A program made the translations under genes and the position numbers. A model generated the notes under the pieces. The model saw only the letters and a list, made by a program, of their open reading frames with translations, was not told the origin of the DNA and did not search any database. A DNA stretch of 64,000 nt from Malacoraja senta (Eukaryota): contig CM075987.1 of the NCBI GenBank assembly GCA_038087875.1, forward strand, positions 24,802,001-24,866,000, written 5' to 3'. Positions 62,081-64,000 of the stretch are shown here, one piece after another (the stretch's first letter is position 1; each line of letters begins with the position of its first letter).

Positions 62081-64000
62081 ATTTGAACTAAAAGGATGTT
62101 TCTACTAGTGGGAGAGTCTCGGACCAGAGGGCACAGTGTCAGAATAAAAGGATGTATCTTTGGAATCTTATTTGTGGAATTCCCTGCTACAGAGGGCAGT
62201 GGAGGCCAAATCACTGGATGGAATTAAGAGAGAGTTAGATAGAGCTCTAGGGGCTGGTGGAGTCACGGGATACGGGGAGAAGGCAGGCACGGGTTATTGA
62301 TTGGGTTAATCAGCCATGATCGCAATGAATGGTGGTGCTGGCTCGAAGGGCCGAATGGCCTCCTCCTGCACCTATTTTCTATCTTTACTAAAGTGATGAT
62401 ACCCTAACCTTATCACAACTGAAATTGAATCTGGCTGATGTAAAATGTAGAAACCAAGACCTGTAGATGCTGGTTTATATCAAAGATAGACACATTGCTG
62501 GAGTCACTGAGTGGGTCAGGCAGCATCTCTGGAGAAACAAGTGATTTTGGGATGGAATAGAAGAAGGGTTTTTACCCAAAATATCACCCATCCTTTTCCT
62601 CCAGAGATGATGCCTGACCTGCTGAGTTTCTCCAGCACTCTTGTCATAGTCTTCTCTATATCCCGCAGCTCTGCTCTTACTCCTCATCCCCCTACTCGTA
62701 ACAAGGACAGAGTCCCCTATGTCCTCACCTTCCACCCTACCAGCCGTCACATACAACAGATAATCCTCCAACATTTTCGCCACCTTCATCGGGATCCCAC
62801 CACTGGCCTCATCTTCCCATTCTCCAATTTCAGTGGTTTCTCCCTCCTTCCCCTTCCCAGCTCTCCCACAGCCTACTGTCTCTGCCTTTATCCCGCACCC
62901 CCACCCCAACTTCAGTCTGAACAAGGGTCTCGACCTGAAACGTCACCTAATCCTTCTCTCCATAGATGCTGCCTCACCCGCTGAGTTACTCCAGCATTTT
63001 TGTCAACCTTCGATTTTTCCAGCTTCTGCAGTTCTCTCTTAATCCACACGGTGGGCGTGTTGACCACAGATTGGACGGGCCTGCAGTGCAGCAGATCCCC
63101 ACACGGTGGAAGTGTTGACCACAAATTGGAGCGACCTGTTATGTGAATTCACTGCACATTGGGAGCGCTGTCTACAAATTAGATATTGTGCTCTTTACTG
63201 CAAGATGGTTCTTTATTGCTCTGTGACCCTTTACCTTTCCCCGTAATGCACCAATTGCACAGATGCCAAACTTAGTAAAAGCCCTGAAACCAGGGAAGAT
63301 TTGGGATGAAAATCAAGGAACTGCAGGTGCTGATTTACAACAAAAAAAAACACAAAGTGCTGGAGTAACTCAGCGGGTCAGGCAGCATCTGTGGAGAACA
63401 TGGATAGGTGACGTTTCACAGAGTGCTGGAATAACTCGCGTTTGATGCCCATAGTAAGAGTTACAGCATTGGGCAGCTCATTCAGGGAGTTCATTGTATG
63501 TGTGAAGTGTGTCTTTGATATAGCTGGCATGTTGCTGAGCCAGTTTGATTATGAAAATAGACAATGTGTTCTTCTGCCCTGTAGGATTCACTACTGCAGA
63601 CACATTTGAATTTCACTGTACCTTAATTGGTACATGTGACCATAAACTGACCTTGAAACATTGGGCCTAGAGTTATTTTTCCAGACCCTGCCCACCCAGT
63701 GTTTGATATTTTGAAGTGAATGTAGAATCTTCTCACCTGCTGCTGTTTCTCCCTCTACAGTTATTCTACTTGTTTCTGGTTGATGTGCCAAGGTCGTTGG
63801 AGATCTTCTAATGTCCCCAGTTTTCTATGGTTTGTGATAGATGGGCTTTGTCAACTTGCTGTTCCAAGTACTGCTTGTAAATAGAGGGTGTGGTCAAGGA
63901 TGTCAGGAGATTTCAATCATTAAAGTGATTTTATTTTGCTATAACCAAGTCTATCTAATCTAGTCTTTGTGGAGATGATATGAAGATAAGGCCCTTGTTT

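Overview
This is eukaryotic, repeat-saturated vertebrate DNA, most likely from an elasmobranch (skate, ray or shark), judged from HE1/V-SINE-like SINEs sharing tails with CR1 LINEs. The window appears to be intronic sequence of astrotactin-2 (ASTN2, minus strand), of which I can find one 189-nt coding exon (43798-43986). Nested antisense to it is a C2H2 zinc-finger locus (~53206-55193) with a homogenised 84-bp finger array and a 3' frameshift. Mobile DNA dominates: (i) a young CR1 LINE with a 5'-truncated esterase ORF1 and an intact APE+RT ORF2, joined by a T-TTA-AAC -1 slippery site; (ii) many Penelope-like fragments carrying minimal hammerhead-ribozyme motifs and 10-15 bp TSDs; (iii) two related solo LTRs with 4-bp TSDs; (iv) five PIF/Harbinger-type MITEs, one a ~590-bp foldback; (v) L2, Rex/Babar and bipartite RTE elements; (vi) a GC-rich non-autonomous element seen with different LINE tails; (vii) over 20 tRNA-derived SINEs; (viii) micro- and minisatellites born inside repeats. 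Two locally templated sequence captures are also visible. Family names come from remembered motifs, not database searches, and repeat boundaries are approximate unless a TSD is quoted.
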